From positions 11,367-75,366 of the forward strand of contig CAWJBB010000081.1 in NCBI GenBank assembly GCA_963840855.1: a stretch of 64,000 nt of DNA. Direction: 5' to 3'. Made by a program: the position numbers and the translations under genes. This document shows positions 41,107-52,697 of this stretch, piece after piece (position 1 is the stretch's first letter; every line of letters starts with the position of its first letter). Below the pieces are notes generated by a model. That model did not search any database and had not been told where the DNA came from. It worked only from the letters and a program-made list of their open reading frames with translations. This DNA is from an uncultured delta proteobacterium. GTDB lineage: Bacteria > Desulfobacterota > Binatia > UBA9968.

Positions 41107-41863
41107 TTATTGGGCCGCTTTTACTTGAAACTCGACTCGGCGATTCACCGCATGCGCCCAGGGGCTATCCTGGCTGACCATGGGCTTGCTTTCGCCCAAG
41201 CTTGCGGTCGACATTTTGCCCGCATCGACGCCGAAAACGGTGAGTTCCTTCATAATCGCATCGGCGCGCCGCATGCCGAGTTTTTGATTATATTCATCCG
41301 TGCCGACGCTATCGGTGTGGCCTTCGATGACGATAGTGACGTCGCTCTGATCCTTGTAGCGCTGGGCGGCCAGGTAGACTTGGCCTTTGCCAAGATCGGT
41401 CAGCTCAGCTGAATCGAAATGAAAAGCAACGCCGGGGAAAATCACGCGCTCGACTTCCACGACTTTCGGAACTTCAACGACTCTCTCGACGGGCACCTCG
41501 ACGACCTTCACCAGTTCACCCGCGGGCATCGCGGCGACTTGCTTAGGTCCGGATTGCAGCTTGCTTTAGCGGAACCTTTTTGGCCATGCCAAAATCGTAA
41601 AGCGGCTGCGGTTCCGTGAGCAGCGGTGGGTGCGGCCGATGGCCGAAGAAGTATTCAGTTCCTTCGGTCGCGCTGACCAGAAAGTGAAATGGCCGCAAAA
41701 ACAGCCACTCGGTAATCACGCCGAATGGGTTCAACAAATAGGCGGCGATTCTGAAAGGATTCGACTGGCTTTCGTCATATTCATCCGGAGCGGCAAAACC
41801 GGATTTGGGTGTAAGAGACAAACAAACAACAAACGCGAAAACTATAACTATCGAGCGCTTCAT
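41107..41863 (-). CDS. Exported OmpA-family peptidoglycan-binding protein, frameshifted at ~41548
   Basis: A signal-peptide ORF (41543-41863) continues after a one-base shift as PKQVAAMPAG..., then VEVP repeats, then an OmpA domain (FHFDS, EGHTD, YNQKL..RRA, NRRVEF). Confidence 0.78.
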
Positions 41864-42066
41864 AGAGTCTCCTTTTAAATCTGACCTGTAGTGTAGAGCC
41901 TGACTCTTGGGATGTCAAACTTATCTTATAATCGGCGGCTGAGGTTGAAAGTAAAGCGCCGCCGGACTAGAAAAGAAAACCAGGGATAACGAGGGAGCAG
42001 GTGGGAAGTTAGAGGCGGCGCATCCTATAAAAATGCGGGCACCAATGCCAGAAAATCATTGAAAAT

Positions 42067-42828
42067 ATGAGCGTGAGGCTTGAAAAATCAGAGCGGGTGA
42101 TTTCAATCACCCTGGATCATCCGCCGCTCAATATCATGGATATCTCCCTGTTGCGCGAACTCGATGCGGTCTTGAGCACCTGTGCAAGCGACCCGGCCGC
42201 GGATCTTGTGGTGCTCCGCGGCGCCGGCGAGCGCGCTTTTTCCGCGGGCGTCGATATCAAGGATCACAGCCGCGAAAAAGTACCGGAGATGCTCGAAGTC
42301 GTGCATGGAGCGCTGCGCAAGTTGTTGGCGTTACCGCAAGTCACGATTGCCCGGGTCCAGGGCGTCTGTCTTGGCGGCGGCTGCGAGTTGGCGAGCTGCT
42401 GCGATTTCATTCTTGCGGCGGAGAACAGTTCTTTTGCCACGCCCGAGATTCTAGTTGGCTGTTACCCGCCGGTGGCATTGGCGCGCTTTTCATCCCTCAT
42501 CGGCTACCGGCGTGCCGCCGACCTGATTCTCACGGGCAGGAGTATTTCCGCCGAGGAAGCCCTTTCGATGGGACTGATCAGCCGCGTTGCGCCGCAGGGG
42601 CAGTTGGAAACGGCCCTCGCGGCACTGCTAGACGAGCTTCTTGGCAAGAGCGGTGCGGTTTTGCGCGTCACGTTGAAGGGGCTACGCGAATTGTCCCTGC
42701 GCGGTTTTGCCGATGCGCTCCAACGGTCGGAACAAATTTACTGTGATGAGCTGCTCAAGACGGAAGATGTCGAAGAGGGGGTCCGCGCCTTTCTCGCCAA
42801 ACGCAAACCGCGCTGGACGCATCGCTAG
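42067..42828 (+). CDS. Enoyl-CoA hydratase/isomerase family
   Basis: AFSAGVDI, LGGGCEL, PEI and EGVRAFLAKRKP motifs. Confidence 0.9.
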   Translation: MSVRLEKSERVISITLDHPPLNIMDISLLRELDAVLSTCASDPAADLVVLRGAGERAFSAGVDIKDHSREKVPEMLEVVHGALRKLLALPQVTIARVQGVCLGGGCELASCCDFILAAENSSFATPEILVGCYPPVALARFSSLIGYRRAADLILTGRSISAEEALSMGLISRVAPQGQLETALAALLDELLGKSGAVLRVTLKGLRELSLRGFADALQRSEQIYCDELLKTEDVEEGVRAFLAKRKPRWTHR

Positions 42829-42900
42829 GCCGAATGAATTTCCCAAATTGCTATCGAATAGTAAGCCTGTATGGTCGCGAGCAGTGGGGCTGCACTGGCG

Positions 42901-43350
42901 TTACCCGGCTAACTGCTTCTTGATGTTTTCGACGAACTCCTTGAGCATCGCGTCCGCTTTCTTGCGGATGATCGGCTGGCCGAATTCGCCGATTTTGCCC
43001 AATATATTCACATCGGTTTCGACCAGCAGCTCGGTCTGATTGGGGCCGAGTTGTTTGAGCGTCATACTCGTCTTGCCATTGACTGCGCCGGCTGCCATAC
43101 GGTCCTTGGCTTCGGCGCGCAGCGCCGCGCGCCAGTCGGCCTTGTTCTGCTCTTCGAGAATGATCTTTCCTTGCAGGTTTAATTTGATCGGGCCGACGCG
43201 CACCACCAATGCTCCCTCGTAAGTGGTGTCGTCGATCTTGCTGACCGATTCCACCCCTGGCAGCGATTTCGCCACTTTGGGCACGTCCATGAGAAATTCC
43301 CAGAGAGGCTCCCGGGCAACGGGAATCTGGGCGCTCTGGGAAAATTTCAC
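42901..43350 (-). CDS. CoxG/SRPBCC family protein
   Basis: LPG, VRVGPI and GKIGEFGQ motifs; cox context. Confidence 0.85.
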   Translation of the reverse strand: MKFSQSAQIPVAREPLWEFLMDVPKVAKSLPGVESVSKIDDTTYEGALVVRVGPIKLNLQGKIILEEQNKADWRAALRAEAKDRMAAGAVNGKTSMTLKQLGPNQTELLVETDVNILGKIGEFGQPIIRKKADAMLKEFVENIKKQLAG

Positions 43351-44297
43351 CTGCGGCTCCGTTTCTTGGCTGCTTTCTTTGTAGCTTTTTTCTTGGCCTT
43401 CGGCTTGGCGGAGGCCCTGACTCTGGCCTGCTGCCGGATATCGCCGAGAGCTTTTTCCAGTGCCCGGCGCACAAAGACCGCAGCCATTTCCTTTTTGTAG
43501 CCCGCCGAACCCCGGAAGTCGCTAATGGGGTCCACGGCTTCTTTGGCTTTCTCGCCGGCTTCGGCGAAGGCTTCCGCCTTGACCGGTTGTCCGCGCAGGA
43601 CAGCTTCCGCCGCCGTGGCACGGATCGGCGTCGTGCCGACGCTGCCCAGTGCGATGCGCACGTCATTGATGGTCTTCAGATTTTTGTCCAGCGTCAATAC
43701 CGCGGCGGCGGAAACGGTAGCGTAATCGTCCGCCGTGCGCGGCAAGAATTTTAAATAGGCCGCGCCCGTGTTGGGCGCGAGCTTGGGAACAAAAAGCTCG
43801 GTGAGAATCTCGTCGGGATTGAGCACGGTTTCATAATAATCGGTGAAAAACGCGTCCAGGGGGAGCACGCGGCTGCCATTGGCCGAGGTCGCCTTTACCG
43901 TGGCGCCGAGGGCGATCAAGGTCGGCGGCGGGTCTTGATTAGGATCGGCATGGGCCAAGCCGCCGCCCACGGTGGCCATATTGCGCACGCGGATGGTGGC
44001 GACGTGATGGAAGGTCTCCGCCAGCACTGGCAGGCGCCGGCGCACCAGCGAAGAGCTTTCGACTGCGCGGTGGGTGGCCAAGCCGCCGATGCTTATGCCG
44101 CCGTCTTTGACTTCGATGCCGTTAAAGCCGCGCACCGAACGCAGGCTGACCAGGCAGCTCGGGCGCACCAGCCGCTGCTTCATCATGATCACCAGCGCCG
44201 TGCCGCCGGCAATGAGCTTCGCGTCGGGGCCGAATTCCTGCAACGAGGCGTGAACTTCCTTGAGATTTTTTGGCGTGCGGTATTCAAAAGGTATCAT
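43347..44297 (-). CDS. Xanthine dehydrogenase/CoxM-family FAD-binding subunit
   Basis: AGGT, RNMATVGG, ADP and DFRGSAGYK motifs. Confidence 0.9.
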   Translation of the reverse strand: MIPFEYRTPKNLKEVHASLQEFGPDAKLIAGGTALVIMMKQRLVRPSCLVSLRSVRGFNGIEVKDGGISIGGLATHRAVESSSLVRRRLPVLAETFHHVATIRVRNMATVGGGLAHADPNQDPPPTLIALGATVKATSANGSRVLPLDAFFTDYYETVLNPDEILTELFVPKLAPNTGAAYLKFLPRTADDYATVSAAAVLTLDKNLKTINDVRIALGSVGTTPIRATAAEAVLRGQPVKAEAFAEAGEKAKEAVDPISDFRGSAGYKKEMAAVFVRRALEKALGDIRQQARVRASAKPKAKKKATKKAAKKRSRR

Positions 44298-44307
44298 GGC
44301 TTTATCC

Positions 44308-44775
44308 TTACTTTGCGAATTGATGCGCCTTCTCGATCGACTCGATGATCTTATAATAACCGGTGCAGCGGCACAGGTTGCCCATCATCCAGTCTTTGAT
44401 CTCTTCTTCGTTAGGCTTCGGATTCTGTTCCAGCAAGGCGGTGGCCGCCACAACCTGGCCCGGCGTGCAAATGCCGCATTGGAAGCCGCCGTACTGGATG
44501 AAGCTCTTCTGCACCGGATTCAGTTCGCCGTTCTTGGCGAGCCCTTCGACGGTGGTGATATCGTGGCCATCGGCAAATACCGCCAACTCCAGGCAGGAAC
44601 TCACCATGTCGCCGTCCATCAGCACGGTGCAGGCGCCGCACACGCCGACGCTGCAACCTTCCTTGGTGCCCGTGAGTCCCAGATCATAACGCAAACAGTC
44701 GATCAAAAGACGGTTCGTGGGGACCTCCAGTTCATGCTTTTTTCCGTTGACGCGAAACTTGATCTTCTTGTTCAT
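44308..44775 (-). CDS. Xanthine dehydrogenase/CoxS-family (2Fe-2S) subunit
   Basis: GCSVGVCGACTV, QCGICTPG and GNLCRCTGY motifs. Confidence 0.93.
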   Translation of the reverse strand: MNKKIKFRVNGKKHELEVPTNRLLIDCLRYDLGLTGTKEGCSVGVCGACTVLMDGDMVSSCLELAVFADGHDITTVEGLAKNGELNPVQKSFIQYGGFQCGICTPGQVVAATALLEQNPKPNEEEIKDWMMGNLCRCTGYYKIIESIEKAHQFAK

Positions 44776-44889
44776 CGCCGTTCCTTTCTCAGAATATTTC
44801 AGTTTGCTAGTTGGCGCGCGATCTGCCAAAACTCATAGGGGTTTCTTATAGAAAGAAATGCCATAAACTGCAAGCCAAATTCCACTCCC

Positions 44890-45561
44890 ATGGCGGAAAT
44901 ATTCACGAGCCTGCTAAGACGGCGAGGAGACAGGATTTGGCGCGCCATCCACGGCCATGCGTTTCTGCGCGAGCTGCATGCCGGCGCGCTGGCAAAAGAA
45001 CGTTTCACCTACTTCATCCTGCAAGACTATCTTTACTTATTGGACTTCGCCCAGGTGCTCTGCCTGGGCGGCGCGAAATCACCCGATCTCGCGACGTTGG
45101 AGATTTTTGCCCGCCATGCCCTCGCGGCGGTGGAAGTCGAGCGCAGCTTCCACGCAAGTTTCGGCAAGACGCTGGGTTTTTCACAAAAGCAATTGGACGC
45201 CACAAATAAGGGGCCGGTGACCCAGGCCTATATCGATCATCTGCAAGCGGTAGCGCGCGGCGGGCGCCTGGGTGAGCTTGTCGCGGCGGTGCTTCCCTGC
45301 TATTGGATTTACGGCGAGGTAGGCAAGCAGCTTTACAAAGGCCGCCCGCGGGAGCCGAAAATCTACCGCCAGTGGATCGAGCTTTACGCTTCGGCGGAAT
45401 TTTGGCGGCCCGTGCGCGAACAGATGCGCTTGATGGATCGGCTGGGCGCGCAGGCGAGCTCCACTGAAAGGCGCTTGATGACTGCGCATTTCTTGCTCAG
45501 TAGCCGGTATGAGTATCTTTTTTGGGACCAGGCCTACCGAATGGAGCAATGGCGAATTTGA
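44890..45561 (+). CDS. tenA: Thiaminase II / TenA
   Basis: YILQDYLYL, LPCYWIY, YRQWIELY and EYLFWDQAY motifs. Confidence 0.88.
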   Translation: MAEIFTSLLRRRGDRIWRAIHGHAFLRELHAGALAKERFTYFILQDYLYLLDFAQVLCLGGAKSPDLATLEIFARHALAAVEVERSFHASFGKTLGFSQKQLDATNKGPVTQAYIDHLQAVARGGRLGELVAAVLPCYWIYGEVGKQLYKGRPREPKIYRQWIELYASAEFWRPVREQMRLMDRLGAQASSTERRLMTAHFLLSSRYEYLFWDQAYRMEQWRI

Positions 45562-45599
45562 AAGATAATCGAGCGGCATAAAAAACACTAGGAGGAGAC

Positions 45600-46016
45600 A
45601 TGATCAAACTAACCGACGAAATGCGTAACATGATTGATCCCGCGCTCGCCAACGGCTGTCCATGCATTTTGGCGAGCGTGTCGGGCGATGGCGAGCCGGA
45701 TATCGGCTACAAGGGGAGCATGATGGTCTTCGACGACGGGTCCCTCGCTTACTGGGAGCGCACCCGGCGCCAGCATCTAAAGAATGTTAAGGAAAATTCC
45801 AACGTGATCGTGCTTTTCCGCGACGCCAAGACCCGGGTCGGCCTGCGCTTTCACGGTAAGGCCGAAGTGCACGAACAAGGCGCGTTGCGCGACCAGGTGA
45901 TGGCCAAAACGGTAAAGGACGAACTCGACAAGGACCCGGAGCGCAAAGGAGCGGCTGTGATTATCCGCCTCGACCGCGTGACCAACATGGCCGGGCAGGT
46001 ATTGCAGTCGCGCTAA
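45600..46016 (+). CDS. Pyridoxamine 5'-phosphate oxidase-like FMN-binding split barrel protein
   Basis: LASVSGDGEP...KGS and NVKENSNV motifs; AGGAGG RBS. Confidence 0.75.
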   Translation: MIKLTDEMRNMIDPALANGCPCILASVSGDGEPDIGYKGSMMVFDDGSLAYWERTRRQHLKNVKENSNVIVLFRDAKTRVGLRFHGKAEVHEQGALRDQVMAKTVKDELDKDPERKGAAVIIRLDRVTNMAGQVLQSR

Positions 46017-46024
46017 GCGCGCCC

Positions 46025-46143
46025 GTTCAAGGTTCAAGGGTTCAAACGCTTCCGCTGTTCAAGGTTCAATGTTCAAAGTTCAAGGAGGGATGGGTCGTTG
46101 AACCTTAGAACCGCGCCGACGGCGCCACTTTGAACCTTGAACT
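46025..46143. repeat. GTTCAA/TTGAAC short tandem and inverted repeat tract
   Basis: Seven GTTCAA units followed by inverted TTGAAC units, between convergent genes. Confidence 0.75.
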
Positions 46144-46173
46144 GGCTAAATCCGTCGACGTAATAATGACTGC

Positions 46174-47421
<1,248 letters not shown>

Positions 47422-47443
47422 TCAAAGCAAAGGAGGGCGTCTT

Positions 47444-48061
47444 ATGTTTGTCGAAATGCGCACTTATTTACTTAAGCCGGGCGCTACGGCGGGCTTCGAG
47501 GAACGTTTTACGGAAGGTCTTTCAGCGCGGGCGAAAATTTCGCCCTTTGGGGGACTATGGAAATCGGAGGTCGGCGGGCTGAACAGGGTCGTGCATATGT
47601 GGCCCTATGAGAGCTTTGAGGACCGAGAGCGAATTGCCGGGGAGGCCAGGAAAACCGGCAAGTGGCCACCCAAGACCCAGGAATTCATCATCGAGCAAGA
47701 AAACCGGATTATTCAACCGGCGCCGTTTTCTCCACCTCTGGAACCGCGGTCGATAGGGAACACCTACGAGTTCCGAATGTATACCTATCAGCCGGGCACC
47801 ATGCCCACGGTGCTCGAACGGTTTGGCGAGGTTATGCCGAGGCGCACGAAGGTATCACCGCTGGTGTTCGCGGGGCATACGCTTATCGGACCGCTCAATC
47901 AGTATATTCACGTCTGGGCATACAAAGACGGCGGTGAGCGCGACCGCTTGCGGGCGGAAGCATCGAAGAGCGTCGCAGGCTGGCCGCCGCAGACCCGAGA
48001 ATTTATCGTCAAGCAGGAAAACATGGTGATGGTACCCTGTGCTTGCTCGCCGATGAAGTAA
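47444..48061 (+). CDS. Tandem NIPSNAP domain protein
   Basis: Two EMRTY/EFRMY...G.LN...H.W.Y repeats; GGAGG RBS. Confidence 0.88.
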   Translation: MFVEMRTYLLKPGATAGFEERFTEGLSARAKISPFGGLWKSEVGGLNRVVHMWPYESFEDRERIAGEARKTGKWPPKTQEFIIEQENRIIQPAPFSPPLEPRSIGNTYEFRMYTYQPGTMPTVLERFGEVMPRRTKVSPLVFAGHTLIGPLNQYIHVWAYKDGGERDRLRAEASKSVAGWPPQTREFIVKQENMVMVPCACSPMK

Positions 48062-48204
48062 GCAAATAAGATTGCCTTGGATTCGCGAAAAGAGGTAAGG
48101 CACACAATGCTTTGCCTCTTTTCTTTTTCGGGATTCAGTTTTCATGGTTTCCGCGCGGGGCGCTAGCTCTGCGAAAAATTTTCCGCTACACCATTTTCAG
48201 GTCC

Positions 48205-49320
48205 ATGATCTACAAATCGCTCATTCGTCCCTGGCTCTTTCGCAAAGACCCCGAACAGAGCCATGAGGCAATCTTGGCTCTGCTTTCCCATCTGGAATTT
48301 CTCTATGGCATCATCGAGGCTTTCTACAAGGTCGAGGACGAACGCCTGAAGATTAGGTTGGGGCCGTTGACGTTGCCAAACCCGGTGGGGCTGGCCGCCG
48401 GCTTCGATAAGAACGCCGTGGCGGCGAAAATGATTTCCGCTTTTGGTTTCGGCTTCATGGAAGTGGGCGCGATCACGGCCCGAGCGCAGCCCGGCAATCC
48501 CAAGCCGCGGCTTTACCGGCTGCCGGAGGATCTCGCGCTGATTAACCGCCTGGGTTTCAATAATGAAGGCGTCGAGGCGATCGCCAGCAGGCTCCACCAC
48601 CTGCGCGCGCGCGGTGACAGGCCTCAGATACCGCTAGGCATGAACATCGGGCGGAGCAAGAACGTCGACACCAAGGATGCCGTGCCGGACTTTCTTTCTT
48701 GTTTTGAAAAACTATTCCCGCACGGCGACTTTTTTACCCTGAACGTCAGCTCGCCGAACACGCCTCATCTGCGCGATCTGCAGGAAAGAAATTTGCTGCA
48801 CGAGTTGTCATCGGCGGTACAGGAGAAAAACCACGCACTGGCGAAGCGCGCCAAGATTGCCGCGAAACCGGTGTTCGTGAAGATCGCTCCTGACATGGAG
48901 TTTTCCCAGGTCGATGAAATCATCGAAGTCGTCGACGCGGTGAAACTTAACGGCATAGTAGCGACCAATGCCACCGCCTTTATGCGCGACAAACTGAAGT
49001 CGATTCATGGGCCGGAGCCCGGCGGGCTAAGCGGCAGGCCAATTACCGCGATGGTGACGTCGTTTATCGCGCATATTTACAAGATCACGCGGGGCCGGGT
49101 GCCGATCATCGGTGTCGGCGGTATTTTCAATGCCGAGGATGCCTACGAGAAAATCAAAGCGGGGGCCAATGCCGTGCAGATCTATACCGGCTGGGTCTAC
49201 GAAGGGCCTGGAGCCGTGAAGCGGATCAATCAGGGATTGCTCAGGTTGCTCAAGCGGGATGGGCTAAAACATATCTCAGAGGCGGTGGGCGAAGGCAATC
49301 AACACAACTGTTCTGACTGA
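48205..49320 (+). CDS. pyrD: Quinone-dependent dihydroorotate dehydrogenase
   Basis: GLAAGFDKN, NRLGFNN, NVSSPNTP, KIAPD and GGLSG motifs. Confidence 0.95.
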   Translation: MIYKSLIRPWLFRKDPEQSHEAILALLSHLEFLYGIIEAFYKVEDERLKIRLGPLTLPNPVGLAAGFDKNAVAAKMISAFGFGFMEVGAITARAQPGNPKPRLYRLPEDLALINRLGFNNEGVEAIASRLHHLRARGDRPQIPLGMNIGRSKNVDTKDAVPDFLSCFEKLFPHGDFFTLNVSSPNTPHLRDLQERNLLHELSSAVQEKNHALAKRAKIAAKPVFVKIAPDMEFSQVDEIIEVVDAVKLNGIVATNATAFMRDKLKSIHGPEPGGLSGRPITAMVTSFIAHIYKITRGRVPIIGVGGIFNAEDAYEKIKAGANAVQIYTGWVYEGPGAVKRINQGLLRLLKRDGLKHISEAVGEGNQHNCSD

Positions 49321-49344
49321 ACGGGTTTGAATCAGCGTAAGGCG

Positions 49345-49932
49345 TCAAGCCAACAGTTTTATCCGCTCATAATCTTTTTGATCGTCGATATCCATGAACG
49401 GCGCTTCTTCGTTCCATTGGACGAGTTCGAGCCGGTCTTGGTATTTTTCAATCACCGCTCGTCCGCCGCGGTCGCCCTCGAGCTTGAGCAGCTCGGGAAA
49501 GAGTTCGCGGCGAAACAGCGCGGGGTTTCGAACCTGTCCTTGAAAAGTTGGCGCGATAATCGGCGCTGAAACCCTGTTGAAACGCTCGATGAGCGCGTTG
49601 ATCAGTTCGCTGCTGATCAACGGCTGGTGACCGACGGCGAATAGGGCTGCGTCGGCCTTCGAATCGACGGCCCACAGGCCGGTAATTACCGAAGAACTCT
49701 GCCCGGCATCGGCGCGGTCGTTGACGAGCCATGAGAGCCGGTGGTCCGCGACGGAGATATGCGCGCGGACCGCGGCCAAATCGCGCACCACGCAAATGAC
49801 TTCGATCACTGCCGTTGCCAGTACGCTTTCGAGCGCCCATTGAAGCACCGGCTTATCGTGGAGCGGCAAGAACAACTTCGGCTGCCCCATTCGTTCGGTC
49901 TTCCCGGCGGCCAACACAATCGCAGAGATCAT
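49345..49932 (-). CDS. MocA/YgfJ-like molybdenum cofactor nucleotidyltransferase
   Basis: LAAG...RMGQPK, NPALF, GDRGGR and DID motifs. Confidence 0.85.
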   Translation of the reverse strand: MISAIVLAAGKTERMGQPKLFLPLHDKPVLQWALESVLATAVIEVICVVRDLAAVRAHISVADHRLSWLVNDRADAGQSSSVITGLWAVDSKADAALFAVGHQPLISSELINALIERFNRVSAPIIAPTFQGQVRNPALFRRELFPELLKLEGDRGGRAVIEKYQDRLELVQWNEEAPFMDIDDQKDYERIKLLA

Positions 49933-50149
49933 AGCGAGGCGTCCTCTATACTTGAAAGTTTTCGCAGCTTGCGCAAATTTTATTCCGAGATTTTGTGACC
50001 GAGGGTGTCTTCGCGAAATAGATTCTCACCACGAAGGCACGCCTTCCGCTCGGGCATGTTCCAAACGTTCAAATCGGTCAATACGTTCAAGTTGTGCAAC
50101 GAACCCATATCGCTCGGGCGGCTTGAACTCCTCGAACCGGCCGCGCTCA

Positions 50150-50246
50150 ACGTTGCAAGGTGAAAAAGCATCGTGGTCTTGCCGCCGGCGCCGATGAAGG
50201 AAACCATTTCTCCGGCCTGGATGCCCAGCGACTCCGCGAGAATCAT
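50150..50246 (-). pseudogene. N-terminal remnant of YqeC (selenium-dependent hydroxylase accessory protein)
   Basis: LAESLGIQAGEMVSFIGAGGKTTMLFHLA, then the frame runs into repeat DNA. Lies directly upstream of the MocA-like gene. Confidence 0.65.
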
Positions 50247-50382
50247 CGCCCCTCACGTAGCTTGTCTAAGGTCAAATTGCAACTATTTTTTATACGTTTT
50301 CATGAGTCCCTAATTGACACAGGAGAGAGCTTTGAGCTTCGTGAACTTGAATCATCCGCGGCTTTTCGCTAACGTCCGCCTC

Positions 50383-50874
50383 ATGCCGCGCCGTTTTAGC
50401 ATCGAAGTTGCCAAGGACTATTTCAATTTCGCTTCCGCGCATTTTCTTATTTTCGCCAACGGACGGAGAGAAGCGCTGCACGGTCATAACTACCAGGTCT
50501 CAGTGGCGGTGGAAGGCGAACTGGACCGGGCGGGAGTGGTTTTGGACTTTATTACATTCAAGCCGTTGGTGAAGCGCGTTTGCGACGATCTCGACCACCG
50601 GACTTTGATCCAAAGCGAAAACCCTATTTTGACGCTTCGGAAAAGAGGAGCAGGCATCGAGATATTTTACAAAAAACAAAAACTGCTCTTGCCGAAAAGC
50701 GATGTAATTCTCCTTCCTCTCGCGAACACGAGCACGGAGCTGCTCGCCGAGTATATCGCCAAGCAAATTAACCGCCGCGTGCGTCAGACCTTTTCTGCGA
50801 CAAAGTTGAAATACATGGAAGTCGTGGTGGAGGAAGCGCGCGGCCAGCGGGGCATCTTTCGCGGCGAGTTTTAA
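50383..50874 (+). CDS. 6-pyruvoyl-tetrahydropterin synthase family (T-fold), ExxHGH type
   Basis: FASAHF, REALHGHNY, LDF, LDHR and TSTELLA motifs. Confidence 0.85.
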   Translation: MPRRFSIEVAKDYFNFASAHFLIFANGRREALHGHNYQVSVAVEGELDRAGVVLDFITFKPLVKRVCDDLDHRTLIQSENPILTLRKRGAGIEIFYKKQKLLLPKSDVILLPLANTSTELLAEYIAKQINRRVRQTFSATKLKYMEVVVEEARGQRGIFRGEF

Positions 50875-51024
50875 CGACGCGACCAGTTCCAGTCGTTCAA
50901 GCCGTTCAAAACGTTAGCCCGAAAACTTGAAATTGGAGTCTCGCATCGATCGGAATAGAGTATCGTCAGCACTGCTGGGCGGACGTCTTTTCCGACGGCT
51001 TGAACGTTTTGAACGGAGGTTTAG

Positions 51025-51969
51025 TCAAGCCTGGAATCCGCGCCGCCATAGTTCGGCTACTTTGTCGAGGTCACCCGCCGGCAAAGTCACGTCGGCGCCA
51101 GCCGCGTTCTCGCGCATCTGCGCGGCGTTGCGCGCGCCGGGGATCGTGATGCTGACGGCGGGATGGGCGACGCAAAAGGCGATCGCCGCCTGGACCAGGG
51201 ACTGGACTGGGCCGTGAACCAGGAACCGCAATTGTTCGGCTTTAGCCAGCTCCTTACGAAAAGCCTCGCCTTTGAAGCTCCGCGCCCGCACATCTTCGCC
51301 CTGAAATCTTTGTTCGTCGGCCGCGGTCATTTTGCCGGTTAAAATTCCGCGCTTGAGCGGGACCCGCGCGATGATGCCGACATTCGCCGCTTGCGCGAGC
51401 GAAAAGAATGCTGCCGCCGGCTCCTGAGCCAACAGATTATACTCGGTCTGGATCGTCTCGGAACGGCCATCCTTTACCGCTGCGATTCCTTCTTCCATGG
51501 TATTGATGGAAACGCCGTAGTGGCGGATCTTGCCTTCCTTTTTGCGCCGTTCGAGCACCTCCCAGACCTCGCCCCCCTCGATCACGTCAACGGTGGGATT
51601 GTGCAACTGGTAGAGATCGATGTAGTCGGTCTGGAGCCGCTTCAAGCTTTCGTGCAGCACGCCGTCGATATATTCCGGGGTGAAGATTCTCTTGCCGCGG
51701 TTCGGCCCGGTCATGACGTTGCCGCCCTTGGTGGCGATGATCACCTTATCGCGGCGCCCTTTTAGAGCGTTGCCAAGGAGGGTTTCGGCATAGCCCGCGC
51801 CGTAAGCATCCGAGGTGTCGATGAAATTGACTCCTAATTCCAATGCCGCATCGATGGCGCTCAGGGACTCTTCATCCTTCATCGGTCCGAAGTGGCCCGC
51901 ATGGACCATGGTGCCCAGACCAACTGTGCTGACATTTAATCCGGTTTTTCCCAATATTTTGTACTTCAT
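51025..51969 (-). CDS. Aldo/keto reductase
   Basis: GLGT, DTSDAYG, ATK, SLKRLQTDYIDLYQLH and IPGA motifs. Confidence 0.92.
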   Translation of the reverse strand: MKYKILGKTGLNVSTVGLGTMVHAGHFGPMKDEESLSAIDAALELGVNFIDTSDAYGAGYAETLLGNALKGRRDKVIIATKGGNVMTGPNRGKRIFTPEYIDGVLHESLKRLQTDYIDLYQLHNPTVDVIEGGEVWEVLERRKKEGKIRHYGVSINTMEEGIAAVKDGRSETIQTEYNLLAQEPAAAFFSLAQAANVGIIARVPLKRGILTGKMTAADEQRFQGEDVRARSFKGEAFRKELAKAEQLRFLVHGPVQSLVQAAIAFCVAHPAVSITIPGARNAAQMRENAAGADVTLPAGDLDKVAELWRRGFQA

Positions 51970-52121
51970 GCTCTTACCATAGGATAACTTTCCACATTCT
52001 CGCAAGTGCGCGTAATTGAACCAGCGGATAATTCCGGGAACCTTTCACTGGGAAAATCAGTTGGTCAACTGAAAGCCCGGAATTGGACACCACATTCAGC
52101 CTTCGATACAATCGCCGGGTC

Positions 52122-52694
52122 ATGAAAGGGATCAAGGCTGGCGATCTTGACCGCGAGCGCTTCGCGTCAGAGATCATGACCTATCTCGATCATCTCTACC
52201 GGGTGGCTTACTATCTCGTCAAAAACGCCGACGAGGCGCAAGATTGCGTTCAAGAGACCTGCGTGCGAGCGCTGGGCTCGCGCAGCCAATTTACTCCGGG
52301 CACCAATATGAAGGCCTGGTTGACGCGAATTCTTTATAACTTTTCTTATGATGTCTACGCGCGCAATCGACGAATGGTTTCCGCCGAGGTTCTGATCGAA
52401 GCTGGAGAGCAGACTAAAGATTTTTGGGAGACGCTGCCGACGGCGAACCCCGGCCCCGAAACGATCGCGCTGGAGCGAGAACTGGGAGCGAAAATCGGCG
52501 ACGCGCTAAGGCGTATTCCCGAGGAGTTTCGCGCGCCGATCGTTTTGGTGGATATGGGTGATTTATCTTACGCGCAGGCCGCGCAGATTCTTTCCTGTCC
52601 TGTCGGCACGATCAGGTCGCGCTTGTCGCGCGGTCGCAAACTGCTGGAGAAGCAGTTGTGCGGCTACGTGGGCATCACCGGAACGGATCGATAA
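52122..52694 (+). CDS. ECF sigma-70 factor
   Basis: AQDCVQET, KAWLTRI and LSYAQAAQILSCPVGTIRSRLSRGR motifs. Confidence 0.92.
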   Translation: MKGIKAGDLDRERFASEIMTYLDHLYRVAYYLVKNADEAQDCVQETCVRALGSRSQFTPGTNMKAWLTRILYNFSYDVYARNRRMVSAEVLIEAGEQTKDFWETLPTANPGPETIALERELGAKIGDALRRIPEEFRAPIVLVDMGDLSYAQAAQILSCPVGTIRSRLSRGRKLLEKQLCGYVGITGTDR

Positions 52695-52697
52695 ACC

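Noticed and set aside
46025-46143. CRISPR array
   Set aside because: Units are 6-9 bp with no unique 30-40-bp spacers, and there are no cas genes. No CRISPR array was seen anywhere in the window.
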